A stretch of DNA of 64,000 nt from the NCBI GenBank assembly GCA_028534125.1, contig CM052817.1, positions 48,052,001 through 48,116,000 on the forward strand, read 5' to 3'. This document shows positions 38,291-51,199 of this stretch, piece after piece. The notes under the pieces are model-generated. The model was given only the letters and a program-made list of their open reading frames with translations. It did no database searches and was not told where the DNA came from. Made by a program: the position numbers and the translations under genes. Positions within the stretch are counted from its first letter, which is position 1, and every line of letters starts with the position of its first letter. This DNA comes from Lama glama. Taxonomy: Eukaryota.

Positions 38291-40430
38291 TGCCCACTTC
38301 ACTATCCGGTGAAACCCTTACATTTCTGATGAATATACTTTACTACCAAAAGTTTAAAAGAAATTGTCCTGAAACTTCTAAACCTTTTACACAGCAAACC
38401 AGGGTCAAGCATCTACAATGGTTTAGGCCCTATACAGATAACCTTTAAAAATTTTAATAAACACATTTTAAAGTATTTAACAGGATTTAATTACATAAAA
38501 TAAAATGACCCACAGAGAGAGAGGGAAAGCAGAAAATCCACATTAAAAAAATAGCACTTTAAAAACCATTTAAAGAAAATCAAGAACTTGCAAGTCTAGG
38601 TGCATCTGAGTTAGATAATGTTTTTAAAAGTCCTTTTTTCTCTTTCATTACTGTGCCACGTACTCCACTGTATGTAAAGGCAGGTCACCTGCTCTGTGAT
38701 GCAGGGAAGGAAACTTAAAATACTTATTAATCTACCTGGTGGGAAATGCCCTCTACCTGGATGCCCCTTAGATGCTACCTACCTATGCCTCCAAACTCTA
38801 GCCAAGAATTACGGGGAGGGTGAGCCTGACCCTGGCTGCCCCAAGCTCAGTGCTGAGCAAGTAACAGGCCCCTCAATCCATGTGTTAAATGGAGGGGTAT
38901 TATGAGGCTCTGAACCAAGAGAACATCTGTGGGGACAGAATGTTGAAAACAGATTTGGGAAAAATTAAAAGGCAGAATATAAAGGACTTGTTAAATGCCT
39001 GGATAGAGAGAGTAAAGGAGAAGGAAGTGTCTACAATGAACACAAGACCTGGACCACATTTCTTCAAAGGTCCAACGCTCTCTGACATCAAGAGCAAATA
39101 TTTCACCAATACTGACGAGTAACAGATGCTCCACTGAAAATCTGGCTGAACACTAAAAATATCTGTGTCCTCAATTTTCATTGGATTTTAACCTGAGCAA
39201 TAGTTGCTGAGAAGACCAGAGTTACTTATCTTCTGCATTTAGCCTCTTCGTCTGTAAGGCAGGTTGAAAACCACACACCACATGCACATGATACATAAAA
39301 AGCTCTTAGTACACTGCCTCAGATAGCATAGTGGTAACAATAATTACTACCAAGTTAAGGTTTTAGTGTAATCCTGGAATCTATGGGAAACAGATGATCA
39401 GCAAAATAATAAAATGTTTTTCCCTCCCAAAGGAATAAAGTAAAATAAAGTTATATTGGCACTACATTTAATTCACAATCCTCTGGATTTCAGATAGAAA
39501 TCTCTTTCCCCAGTTGGTATCATGGACTTAAAAACATATATTCACCCAGTACAGTACCTCTCCATGCAAGTTAATTCTACCAAGTGTATAGCTGTATAAG
39601 TTTTAACTTGAAAGAGTTGCTGAGATCTCTCCACCATGGTAAGGCTAAAAAAAATCAGATAAACTGAAGGCGAAGGTGAGCGTGGGTGGATCAGGGCAGC
39701 TATCCTGTAAAACTAACACAACTGCTCACAGTAACGGCACCGTTTCATCTGCATTCCCTCGGAATGACACCCTTGTCCTTGAACGACTGTTTTCAGCAGG
39801 AAAAAAAAAAAGGTGACATGCTTTACTTCCACTCTCACTCTACCTATTAATATCTTAAAAGCAGTATCTGTCTACAGTCCACTCCAAAAAGAAAGACCCT
39901 AAACATAGGGTTTTCTTTTTCTGTTCTTTCTGCTCCACAATCTTCAGCTGCCACTGGGAGAAAGGGGCTGCAGTGGGAACAACCAAACAAAGACAAAACA
40001 AACAAAAATTAGCATCATGGGATTAGTGACTTTAAGAGAAAATTATAGTTTAAGGGGAGATGTTTCGTGTGCGTTCTCTTCTGCACACATCCCAGTCGGG
40101 GTAGCTAATAAAAAAACATGGACTGCTCTTTTAAAAACAAAAAGTTCAAGGGATGAGAGGTGGGAGTGTGGAATCATCGGAGGCAAGAGTTGGAAGTTAA
40201 CGGCCTGACAACCAACCAAGTGGAGTGCTCTTCTTGTGCAGGACCGAGCACTGTTCAGCGCCCCCACCATCTGCTCCACCCCAGTGTGGTCCAGGAGCCG
40301 GCAAGGCTCTGCCTTCCACATCCTGCAAACCTCAAGGCTGGTGGTCCAGACTTCCGTGTCCTCCGTCTCATCTGTGGTTCCCTTCTCTGGGAACAAAAGG
40401 AAAAAGCAGGGCTCTTCTCAAAGCACAGAG

Positions 40431-40606
40431 CAGCAGTTCTGAACTTGGGGTCCCCACTGGGGACCCAGGAAGCCCAAGGACACTGTGAAATTATTTGCAA
40501 GTTGTTGTGCCTACACATTTATTGTGCATTTCTCTGGTAAATGCATCCATTGTTTCATCACAAACTCAAATGGATTCTTGACATGAAAAAAGCTTAAGAA
40601 CCACTG
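40431..40606. mobile_element. Non-autonomous hAT-Charlie element (MER103-like)
   Basis: TIR-like ends cagcagttctgaac ... ttaagaaccactg, internal palindrome gggtccccactggggaccc. Confidence 0.65.
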
Positions 40607-42525
40607 CCTTAGATGGTCTTTGAACTGAAAAAGTATGTAAAGAAGGCCCACGCTTGCCTTTTGGAGGTGCAGTCTTCTAGACAGCGTTCATACTGAAAGA
40701 TTTTTGCGGCTCCAGGAATGGGACAAGTAGACCTTCTAATCACTAGAGGATTCACTCAAGGTCACATTCCCAGAACAGAAGTAGGGCCAGCACAAGTGCC
40801 CTCTCCTGAGCCCTCCTCTACTTCCATTCCCACCACACCACTGGAACAGGAAACAATAATCCATTAAAATGCTTTAAAAAAAAAAAGTCATTGAGTGAAA
40901 TTGGATAAATGTAGAAGTACTTTTTACTTAGCGCATCAAATGTGGTAACAAAGATCAGCCTGTAAAACTAACAAGCAGACACAACTCTCTAAGACCTGTC
41001 TGGGTGGATGCTTTTATATCTCATTACTTGGGGCCTAATAAGAAATTGTCGATAAAATGCCCATCCACAGAGAGACAACGGGGGTAAAGCACACCATCTA
41101 TTGACTTCCAGATGGCTGCTGGCAGTTCTCTGAGAATTCAGGGCTATCAGCTGGGAAGCATTTAACCCAGGTCCTCCCAGGGCTGGGACGTACAAGGGAC
41201 CACATGGTCCCAGCAGAACTCTTCAAACAGACAGCTGTGTCGCTGTAATTAATTCCATAGTAGTCATGCTATTATCTATTTAGCAGGTTTTTTTTAACGT
41301 ACCCTTCACTGAGGTCTCTGAGAACACGCACCAAATTAGCACAATAGAAAATACTGAAGAAGCAGTAAAAGGGAATCAAGGGCAGAGGAAAGTTCTGACA
41401 CAAGAGCAGGCAACAGCTGTCCCAAAACTTCCCTGAGAGGATCTTCATTTGTCCCTGCTGGGATGTGACTGAGCTCCAGAAGGTGATGGTCACTTTCCTG
41501 ACATGAGTGAGGAGCCGGAGGGTGGGCGCACCCCTTGATTCCTGAGTACACTCCCCTGCCAAGTTCTACCTCTTTTTGAATCCTGAATTTTTGAATCCTC
41601 TGGTGCCATTCATTGGACATTCAACATATCAGAAAATCTTAAAAGAACTCAAAGGCGATCTAGTCCAATTTCCCACCCATTAAATACATTCCTAACATAT
41701 GGAAGAAAAAACCATTCAAGAATTAATTCAGATGTCACCTCTGCCCACTCCCCAGACCCTGGCAAAATTCATCCTCCCTTCTCTGGGAGAAGACACCCCC
41801 ACCCTGTGTTATTTACAGATTTGTCTCATAGTCTATAATCAGAACCCCTAAAAGCAGAGAATGGGACCCTCCTTGTTTTTGTAGTCCTGATCCCTAATAA
41901 AGTGCTTAGTGCAAAGGAGGACTTCATAAAAGCTTTGTAAATAAATTAGAGATGAAGCTCTATTTCCTATCTAATTCATATTTATATTAAAATAAATACT
42001 GCCTCCGTGAAATACCTGCTATTACAAGTTTATGTCTAGAGCAACAAACGGTAAATCTATCCTCTTTCATGGGAAGGCAACCTTCACGAACTTCCTACCC
42101 CTCAAACCTTCTCGTCTCAAAGAGTCATGGATGAGTTACTTCGACTATTCTCAGGCTGGTGCCCAGGCATTTCTCCCCCCTGGTTCCCTCAACTGTTTCT
42201 GAAAATGGGCCCCTTTGAAAAATCTGAATCTGATGAATGTTATAAACTTTCTGTCCAAATAAAGTACGGTTTCCCCCATTATCCACTTCATGCTTGAACT
42301 TACACAGTTTACATTTATTCTTGTTAACTTCATTGTGGGTTCAGTCCCTCAAGATCATTCTCCATCTTGAGTGTATCCTTTAAAGTTTAGAGAGCTAACC
42401 TTGTCAATTTTGTGTCCTCTGAGAATCTGATAAGCCAGCACTGGGTCTTACTCCAAACTGCTAATAAATCTGTTCAGCAGGACAGTACAAGCTAAAAAGT
42501 GTCATGCCATTAAAAATTCCTTCCA

Positions 42526-42661
42526 GGGGAGGGTACAGCTCAAGTGGTAGAGCACATGCTTAGCACACACAAGGTCCTGGGTTCAGTCCCCAGTACCTCC
42601 TCTAAAAATAAATAAGTAAATCTAGTTACCCCCCCCAAATTTTTTTAATTAAAAAATAAAG
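42526..42661 (+). mobile_element. tRNA-Ala-derived SINE (vic-1-like) with perfect 12-bp TSD
   Basis: ggggagggtacagctcaagtggtagagcacatgcttagc...ggtcctgggttcagtccccagtacctcc. TSD AAATTCCTTCCA at 42514-42525 and 42662-42673. Confidence 0.92.
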
Positions 42662-42894
42662 AAATTCCTTCCACTGTGACACTGGTTATTAAGACACACA
42701 CTTGAATACAATGATTCTCTAGCTAAGAACTCTGTGGTGGTCACACAGACCTCAGTTCATCAAAGTGCTTACAACGGCACCATCATGGACCCTACGGATG
42801 CCTTACTACAACCAAGTGGGCCGCTCAGAAAAGAAAATGTCAGATATAAACATACTTATGTTCTTCTACTTAATGTGTATAGCAATAATTCAGA

Positions 42895-43075
42895 TCACAG
42901 GTTAACAACCTTTTTCTTTGAAAAGCCAAATTAGGCTTTGCAGGCAACATATAGCCCCTGTCATGTGTTCTTTTTTTTTTTTTTTAACAACTCTTTAAAG
43001 CTGTAACTATTTTTAGCTTGCAAGCCATACAACAACAGACTACAGGCAGCCCAGGGCCATAGTTTGCCAGACATC
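42895..43075 (+). mobile_element. hAT-Charlie MER58-like element
   Basis: ttaggctttgcagg...acaactctttaaa...tttttagcttgcaagccatacaacaacagac...gggccatagtttgcc. Confidence 0.7.
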
Positions 43076-43139
43076 ATTGCTTCGATTTTGAAGCAAATGG
43101 CCGACTGGTGAAGACAACCATTTAATCAAAAATTAAAAC

Positions 43140-43530
43140 AGGCAGTTACTGGATGATAGTTGTTGTAGCTGTCATGACGGAAAAGCATAACATATGAGAG
43201 CTTACAATGCAAGCTCCAGCCAAAACCGGGGATCCCAGGAGACTTCCCTGCAGAGATAACCTCTACTGAGAAATAAAGGGAAACCCAGTTGCCTGGGCAG
43301 GAAGAGCATTTCAGTGAGAGGAAACAGCATATGCAAAGGGCCCGAGGTCTGGGGAAGACTGGCACATTAGTGGACCTGAAAGGACATGTGTGTGGTCAAA
43401 GTCAACAAGGGAAAGAACTTTGCAAAACAACTCTGGAGAGAGACATGAGGCAGGATAACACAAGGCTTTGAAGGCCATGCTAAGGATTCTGGGCTCATTG
43501 CAAAAACAGTCTTAAGCTATGAGTGACACT
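43140..43530 (-). mobile_element. L2 fragment
   Basis: ggagacttccctgcagag...gaggaaacagcatatgcaaagggcccgagg...gaaggccatgctaaggatt. Confidence 0.7.
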
Positions 43531-43862
43531 CCTTCAGTGCAGAACCTGTCTTATATTACCTAGATCCTTCACAGTGCTTTATCAGCTTTCTACATTCTCA
43601 GATTTCAAAACCACAATGGTTTTTCTGAGTGAAAAAAATAATTCTTAACGTCCTACTACTCAGACTACTAGGACTAGGACTGGCTAGTGTTTTATCACTT
43701 GTTACTTTCAGGAGAGACAGAAGGCAAGAGAAAACACCACTGCCCGATCCTACCTCCACACATCCCATGGAGACTATTTAATACAGAATCATTCTAAATT
43801 CAGACCTAAATAAAAATTTTTAAATTCCTCAGTGTTCTATTTTGCTACTTTCTCTTGAACCA

Positions 43863-44056
43863 CAAATTACAAAATATATTACAAATGTATTATCCAAAAA
43901 TTATAAAATATATTATAAATATATTATCCAAAATTATAAAATATAATTATAAATATATTATAAATTATAAAATATATTATAAATATATAACCAAAATATA
44001 ATACAAATATATATATTATAAAAACATATATAACCAAAAATTACAAATATATTATT
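43863..44056. repeat. AT-rich degenerate minisatellite (aaattataaaatatattataaatatattatcc-like units)
   Basis: Recurrent aaattataaaatatattataaatatat blocks, almost purely A/T. Confidence 0.85.
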
Positions 44057-44159
44057 GCTTCATTTATTTCACTTGTTTCATTTTCCCCAACTCTGTTTCA
44101 TGGTTGATCTTACTCTTCTATTCATAAAGAGGCAGGAGAAAGCAGGTGGGAAAAAGGAA

Positions 44160-44350
44160 GTAATATTTTTTAAGCACCTAATTGATCTATGCCTGGTGTC
44201 CTTCACATGTATTACCTCTTTCTAAATCTCATAAGAACACGAAAGCTAAGTTTTTACCCATTTTTTCTAAGGCTCAAAGACATTTAAGTACCTGCACAAG
44301 ATCACTCAGCCAATAAGAAGGCAAGCTAGGATTTGAACCAACACCTCCAG
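44160..44350 (-). mobile_element. MIR fragment
   Basis: taagcaccta...aaatctcataagaac...aagtacctgcacaagatcactcagcc...gctaggatttgaacc. Confidence 0.7.
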
Positions 44351-47300
44351 GATTATATGAAACTCAAACTTTTCTGCTTCATTAAGCAAAACACATTTCC
44401 TATTACCCAGCAAACTCTAAAAAGACTCTCAATCTTCTATTCCTTTGATTTAAATCCTTTTGTCCTATTCTTTCCACAGTGAGGTCTTACAAGTTAGGAG
44501 TTTAGATCAAGAAGGCACCGCGAAAATGAAGACAATGCAGCCCATAGGATGGTTCAGACCATGACAGCACAGACTAAGAAACAGAAAAGCATGGGAGCAC
44601 AGAGCCCCTGAGTGACATTAGAGAAGAGAGACTCTTCCAAGGGCCTTTAATTCTCATTTATTCTTGGTTTTTATTTTAACAAAACCTATATGTTGTGCTA
44701 CTTTAGCACCTCTATTAAAAAGGAAAAACTATAGAGAATTTTTAAAACTGGAAACCAAAAGGTGACACGAATCAAGATCTTTTAAAAGAAGTAACTGCAC
44801 TCCGTTCCCTCAGCAGGACTTCATTCAGGGACTCCCACAAAGACATGTGCAAATAAGAACAACACTGCCCACACCCCAAGAAAATCCCTTCATGACACAT
44901 TTTTATGGATGTTTTCACAATGTTCTGATGAAAAGAGATACTCCCTGAGAATTCCACACTTTGGAAAAGAGTTGCACAACTCTTTTAAGTGGTAGGGACA
45001 ATTGTTATTTTTCTAAACAAAGTCTTCCTCCAGAGTGAGTGTCTGGGGATGCCTTCTTAGAGATCATAATTCAACAGGCAATGAATTATGCATCGAGTTT
45101 TTCTTCACCCAAAGCTTCAAGGTAGAGGGTACTTATTGAAATTTCTGAAATTCCCCTTGCTTATTTCTCAGTGTCATAAATAAGCTAATATGGAAACAGG
45201 TTTTATCTATAAGTTTCATTTGAGAAACAATGAGTAACGTAGTCAAAGACACTGTGAGAAGAGATGAACTTCTTTCATCTCTGACCAAAAGGTTTTTCTG
45301 AAACAAGTCATCTTAATACACAGCTGGGTTTCAGCTTGACTTGTTCTTTTTTTTTTTTTTTTTTGATTATATACTTGGATCTTTACCATAATGCAGTCTT
45401 TGGAATCAAAACTGTAAGAAAAACGTAAAGTGAAACAGAGTTTTAATCATGTATAGAGCTAGTAAATTCTATGATAAATCACATTCAATAATAAATCCTT
45501 TCCAAGTCTGATCTGCCTTACCCCTAATTTCATACCATCTCATGTCATACAAAATGAGGTAGCTCATGTCTAAAAGTAGAATGTTGGCTAGTCCATGATT
45601 TGAAATGTGCCATGCCTGGGAAACTTAGTAATATCATGTCATCTTGCAATAGAGTATCTTTCTGTGCTGACAGTTGAATTTCCAGTATATTCTTGTGACA
45701 CACTAAACTTTGTTTAAAAAAAAAAAAAGATTTGGTGTTTTCTTTAAGCTATGTCAATCAGTAGGTAACTGTGTTCACTGAGCTTTCAATTATGAGAAAA
45801 ATGTGTAAATGGATTTTAACAAGTGAAAGAGCAAACTATTTTTGAAATATTAGAATTTACATGATTGTTCTAGATGAAAAAAAAATTTTACTGTATGAGC
45901 TGGGCAAGAATGTGCATTTCAAGCAACTGGTTAACTTAATGAAACACTATGTCAGTGATCATGATAAGACATATAACTTTTAAAGTTGTTAGAATGAAAA
46001 TATACTAACAATACTTTCAGAAATCATATTTCTCTGAGAAACTCTCACAGTCACAGTCATTTTCTCAGCCTTTAAAAAATTTTTTTTGAGAAACAAGATA
46101 AGTAAAAGCTGATTCTCCCCAATTAGTCATCATCATCATTACACTCAGCAACTAACTTACAAGACTCCTGCCTCTCCCTCCACCCCAGACCCTCTGCCTT
46201 CCCAAACCCCCCACCCCATAAAGAAGATGAGACACACAATAACAAACAAGTGAGTCCCTGTAAAGTGACAAACAGTAAGCGCTTAGATGGTGTTAGAATT
46301 TGAGACAGGTATAATTCACCTGAGTCACTCATCCAAAGATGAGTGGCAGGAAAAAGCAAGACTTTACTTAGGTATTGAAGTAAAGGCAGGACTTAAAAAA
46401 GGCAAGAGGAAAAGAGATGCTTGGGTCCAGTGGAAATGTGCATGCAGTAACACTATCCACAGAAGGACAATCAGACACATTTCATTAGAATGCAGACAGA
46501 GCAATGGAGTGGAGAAGTTAAAAACATGAAACCCCAAAGAGCAAGATTCACGATGTAAATCTGAGGAGTGAGAAATGAAAAAAACGCAACTGACTTCCAT
46601 CTTACCCCTTCTTACTGCAAAACCAAACCAAAAATAAAAAACATAGCACATTTAAATAATGCAAATGACAGTGATAATTAAGACTTGCCTAATATTTCAA
46701 GTGTCTTAAACACAGTCCTTTTCCCACAACAACCCTATGGAGCAGGCAGTTCAGACTGAATTATAAGACCTTTATTATGAATCGGAAAACTGAGGTTCAG
46801 AGGACTCAAGGTTTAACACACTGATTTAAGTCTTCAAAGCTATTCCTGTGATCATCTTCATGAAAAAGTTCAATAATTGTTTCTTCCTCTTACCAGCCCA
46901 CACATACACAAAAATGAAGGTTACAATGATGCGCCTCTATTAGACTTACTGACCTAGGAGTGACAATTTATCAACAGCAAGAACAAATGCTGAACAGCCT
47001 GAAAGTTAAGGGACCATGGGCTGTTTCTCAAAGCATAAATAAAGATCTGTAAATCAAGTGAGTACCCACCCTGGCCCTGGATAATTAATCTAATCTACGC
47101 CTGCAAATTCTACTGGTAACTCTAACAACAACAACAAAAGGGTAACACTGAAACTCTGTCATACTTCATTAAATTTAGGGGATTAATGGCCATTGTTCTA
47201 AGAATTTTAAAGGTCACATTATTTTCCATTTGTTGGATAAACCAAGACATTCACTTGAATTGTTAAACTGCAGATAAATTACATTCCGATTTATTTCTTA

Positions 47301-49269
47301 CATTCTACCTTACCCTACCCTTTCTCCTTAACTAACCCCTTCTCCAAGGAGGAATGTTTTATTTGGCTAAAACTCTTACCTTCTGCTATTTATGTTCTCT
47401 AAAATAGAAAGATGCTTCTAAGGTCCCTCGCTTCTCTTTGATTGACGGCTCCGGCCCACAGTTATCTTGTCTTTCATGGAACTGCTGTACTTTACTGTCA
47501 GCACCACACAGTTTATTTGGTCTCTCCAGCTAGAAATAAACTCACAATCTGAGGTCATATTTTATGCTTTTTAAAAAATTATATAAGCCTCTTCTCCCTG
47601 ACCTCCACCAATACCACTCGGGATATGGGCACACGAAAAACAGTCGGACCACTGAGCTTCTTAATCACTGTGGCAGCAGAAACAGCCAGTCACCGGAAGA
47701 CTCTTAAGAATGTTTAACTGTTGGTTTATCTAAGAACAATCCTGCTGATGAGCCCATTCAGCATGATGTGTGCCTCAAAGACAAACTTGAGGTTACCAGC
47801 TATCAACTGGACACCTGGGGCTCAAGACCTAGAAAAGACCATGACGCAAGTAAGCAGAATTCACTGTGTTCACTGAGAGCACAGGCCCCAGGGCCGGGCA
47901 GCAGCTCTTAACACTTGGTTGCTATTTAACTTTGGAAACAACTACTTCGTATCTTTGTGCCTCAAGTTTACCAATATATAAAACAGAGTTGATTGTACCA
48001 ACCACAGCACTAGTGAGAAAAGGTGTTCAATCTATGTTAATCGTTGTCATTATCTTCCCTAGAAGAACAGACTCAATGCTACCACGTGGAGCCCGAAGGA
48101 GCTCAGTGCTGCTGACACTGAAGTTCAGAGCTGCTACAAGGCTCCCTACAAAACGGCATGGTCACCTTCTAGCCTCTTGCATGCACATGCATAGAACACT
48201 CATCAGGTGGTAATGTCAACTGGGTATGTTTAACGCTGGCTTTCGGACTGCAGAAAAAACTACGGCTACCATTTTAACATGGCAGCAGAGAAAAGGGAAG
48301 CATGGTTGTGTTCATTTCAGCTCAGTTCTAGGGAGTGAAACCAGACCACTGGTGCTAATGCACGGAGAAATCAGGACACTCTGCTGGTGACTGATAAGGT
48401 CAGGCGATCCTGCAGAAGCAGCGAAGTCAAGGAGCCACTGGATCAATCAGACCAGTGAGCTGGGAACAGTGGGAAGCCCTTCTCTTTCTGAAGAAGAGCA
48501 AGAAAAACTTCCTCCCTTGGCTTGGCCTCTTGCTGCAGAGATTCCCGGTGGCGAGGGAAGGAGGGAAACAGCAAAATCTGCAGATACCTCCCCCTACCTG
48601 TAAAGGATGGTTCACCAATCTTATTATCAGTTATCCCAGATGACAACACTCCATCAAAGCTCCCAACCAAGGTATAAGGTATAAACTTTTCACTGAACTA
48701 ACTTTACAGTACGTACGTCAGTTCACTTAAAATTCTCTTGAGGGTGGAGGATTCGGGAGCAGGGAGATTAGGGCCAAGTGCAAATGTGCTGGATGGTGCT
48801 CCAAAGAGAACACTTGCCCCACCCTTCTTGCGATTTTCTTCTTTGTTCCAGATGCTGACCACCAAGAAGGGCCCTTAAGAGGAGGCATTTTTGGTTGCCA
48901 AGGAGATTCTCCTAAAGCGGACCAGATTTCTTGCAGAGCTGGGAACAGCAGCTCCTTGAGCAGAAGCAATCAGAAACACACAGGTGGCCAAGTCGTCTAC
49001 CACTGTACTTCTCACCTCCTTACCTCTGAATACCAGCGGATTAGCCGTCTCAGAGATCCAATTAGACCAGGAGAGAAAACCCAGTTTTAGCCTTGATATT
49101 TTAAGCTTCTGAAAAAAAAGCCCCAAAGTGAGCTGGGAGGCAGATGCTACTGACTGAAAGATTCTTTTCATTTTAACTGAGTCGCTAAGCTTTTAGTGGA
49201 GTGAATCACAAAGGAGAAACTCAAATCTGACTGGCAAACAGTACCCCAGCAGTGGAGGCAGATTTATTA

Positions 49270-49650
49270 AAGTGTTTAAAAGACCTAGGACACAAATTGG
49301 TATAATCTTTTGGGGAGGTAATTGGCAATACATAATGACCCAGCAATTTTCCACTTACAAAAACTTCTCCTTCAGAAATGCCCATAAAAGAATTTAAAAA
49401 AAAAAAAGTTAGCTCTTTAAAAACTCCAGTTGCAGAATAATACAATCCCATTTGTAGTTTATATAAATAAGTATATATATTTTTAATGCATAGAAAAAGT
49501 CTAGAAGATTCTACATCAACCTGCTAATAGTGGTTATTTGAGGGTGAGAATTTGTAAACTTTCACTTTCTATTTTATTTGTTTTTGCTTTGTTTGAATTT
49601 TTACAGCAATTTTGTATAATTATGAAGTAGAAAAAAAGTAAAGTTTAAAA
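49270..49650 (+). mobile_element. L1ME-like 3' fragment
   Basis: aaattggtataatctttt...tgacccagcaattttccact...aatgcatagaaaaagtctagaag...ttgtttgaatttttacagc. Confidence 0.7.
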
Positions 49651-50559
49651 AATATTACAGATAATAAAATGTTACTAGAGCAGGTAAAGAATGATTCCAT
49701 GTTTTTATTTATAAGTATTATAAAGGTTTCTTAACCATGCCCTTAGGGTGTTCACCATAAGGTGCCACTGTTTTCTGGTTTTCCACTTCGAGGGGGGAAA
49801 AAAGCTTGTTTTTTTTTTTTTAAATGACATTTTGGTCAGAGGTAGGTGACATGTGACACGAGAGTAGATATTCATCAAGGACAACTGTGACGGCCTCCTA
49901 CTGCTCTGCGATACAATCTAAGTGCATTCCTGGTACTGGGATGCAGGCAGACGGCTACACACTAAAAAGAGGACAATAAGTGACATCAAACACGAAACAC
50001 AACAGGTCATCACATGGAAAACCTGCAATCCCTTTTGTTAAATTTTGAATACAGGAACGCCCTGCGGTGCTCCTAGAGTTCGATTCTCTCACAGGTACAG
50101 GGACAGGTGAGGGTGCGGCTCAGGATCCCCCTCGGTGGTCCTGTCTCCTGCATACACACCCCGATGCCCCTTTCTGAACAACAAAGACTAAGACACTTGT
50201 TCCCGAGACAGGCCCCTGGCGAAGGGATCGTGGGTCGTGTGTTTTCCCCAGGTGACATCCAAAAGGGCGCTGCAGGTAACAGACACAATCACTCAAAAGC
50301 TCAGCCTCGCCACTCCCGGGGGCCTAACTCCACTTCTCGTGCAATAAAATACTTTCATTTTTATTAATGTTAATTAATAATTTAATTAAGAGTACATGGA
50401 AGATATTTTAACTAGTAAACTCATTTTTTTTTCTTACAGTACTTGTATGGAACAGAAGAACTTCCTTTACCGAAAGGAACAAAGTCTTGACATCTAGGGC
50501 ACACGTAGTAAGAAACGTCCATTGCGCTGTGTAATGCACGTAGTGTGTACCCAGTGCTT

Positions 50560-50800
50560 AATTACAGGACCACCACCGATGATCCAGGACATGAGCAAGT
50601 TCCTCCATCCTAGCACACAGCACCCCCAGTGGTCCTTTTCAAAGGTAAGTCAGAACACACAACTCTCCAGGTAAGCCTCCTGAAACACTGTTTCATGGCA
50701 CTTCGAATAAAATTAAAAGGTCTCCCTGCATACTTCCTGGCCTCACCTACGTCTGCACACCTGCTACCTTGGCTCCTCCTTTTCTTACCTGAAAACACAA
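50560..50800 (+). mobile_element. L2 fragment
   Basis: cccagtggtccttttcaaaggtaagtcagaacac...cctcctgaaacac...catggcacttcgaataaaattaaaa. Confidence 0.6.
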
Positions 50801-51199
50801 GATAGAGCTTAGATTACTGGAACAAGTGTATCTACTTCACTTTCAGGCTGACACAAAACTCGTTTTTAAATGAAGGCTATCAGGCTAATCCAGATAAAAA
50901 GTTTTTCACAGAAAGTATAATGTTGTGAAAACTGGAAAATTCAAGTGTCTCAATTTTACTTGGGACACAGGTCCAAGAACACAGGTTCCTAAAGTCAGTA
51001 TAAGTATCAGTGCTTCTCAGACTCTTCTAATAACCATTAACCAATGTGGTTGTTAATTCTTTCAGAATATGGGAGAGAGCATAAGGAGGGAGAAGGAAGC
51101 TACATAAAGTCAAAATTTTTGGAGAAAGGGAAAAGACAGTGACAGACATCAGTTTTGTTAACTGTCTAAGCAGCTAGCTGATCCCCTTGGAAAGGGGCT

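Noticed and set aside
47379..47397. Possible 19-nt microexon (ttctattttag|AGAACATAAATAGCAGAAG|gtaaga)
   Set aside because: Immediate in-frame stop and no independent support; chance splice-site pairs are expected at this intron length.
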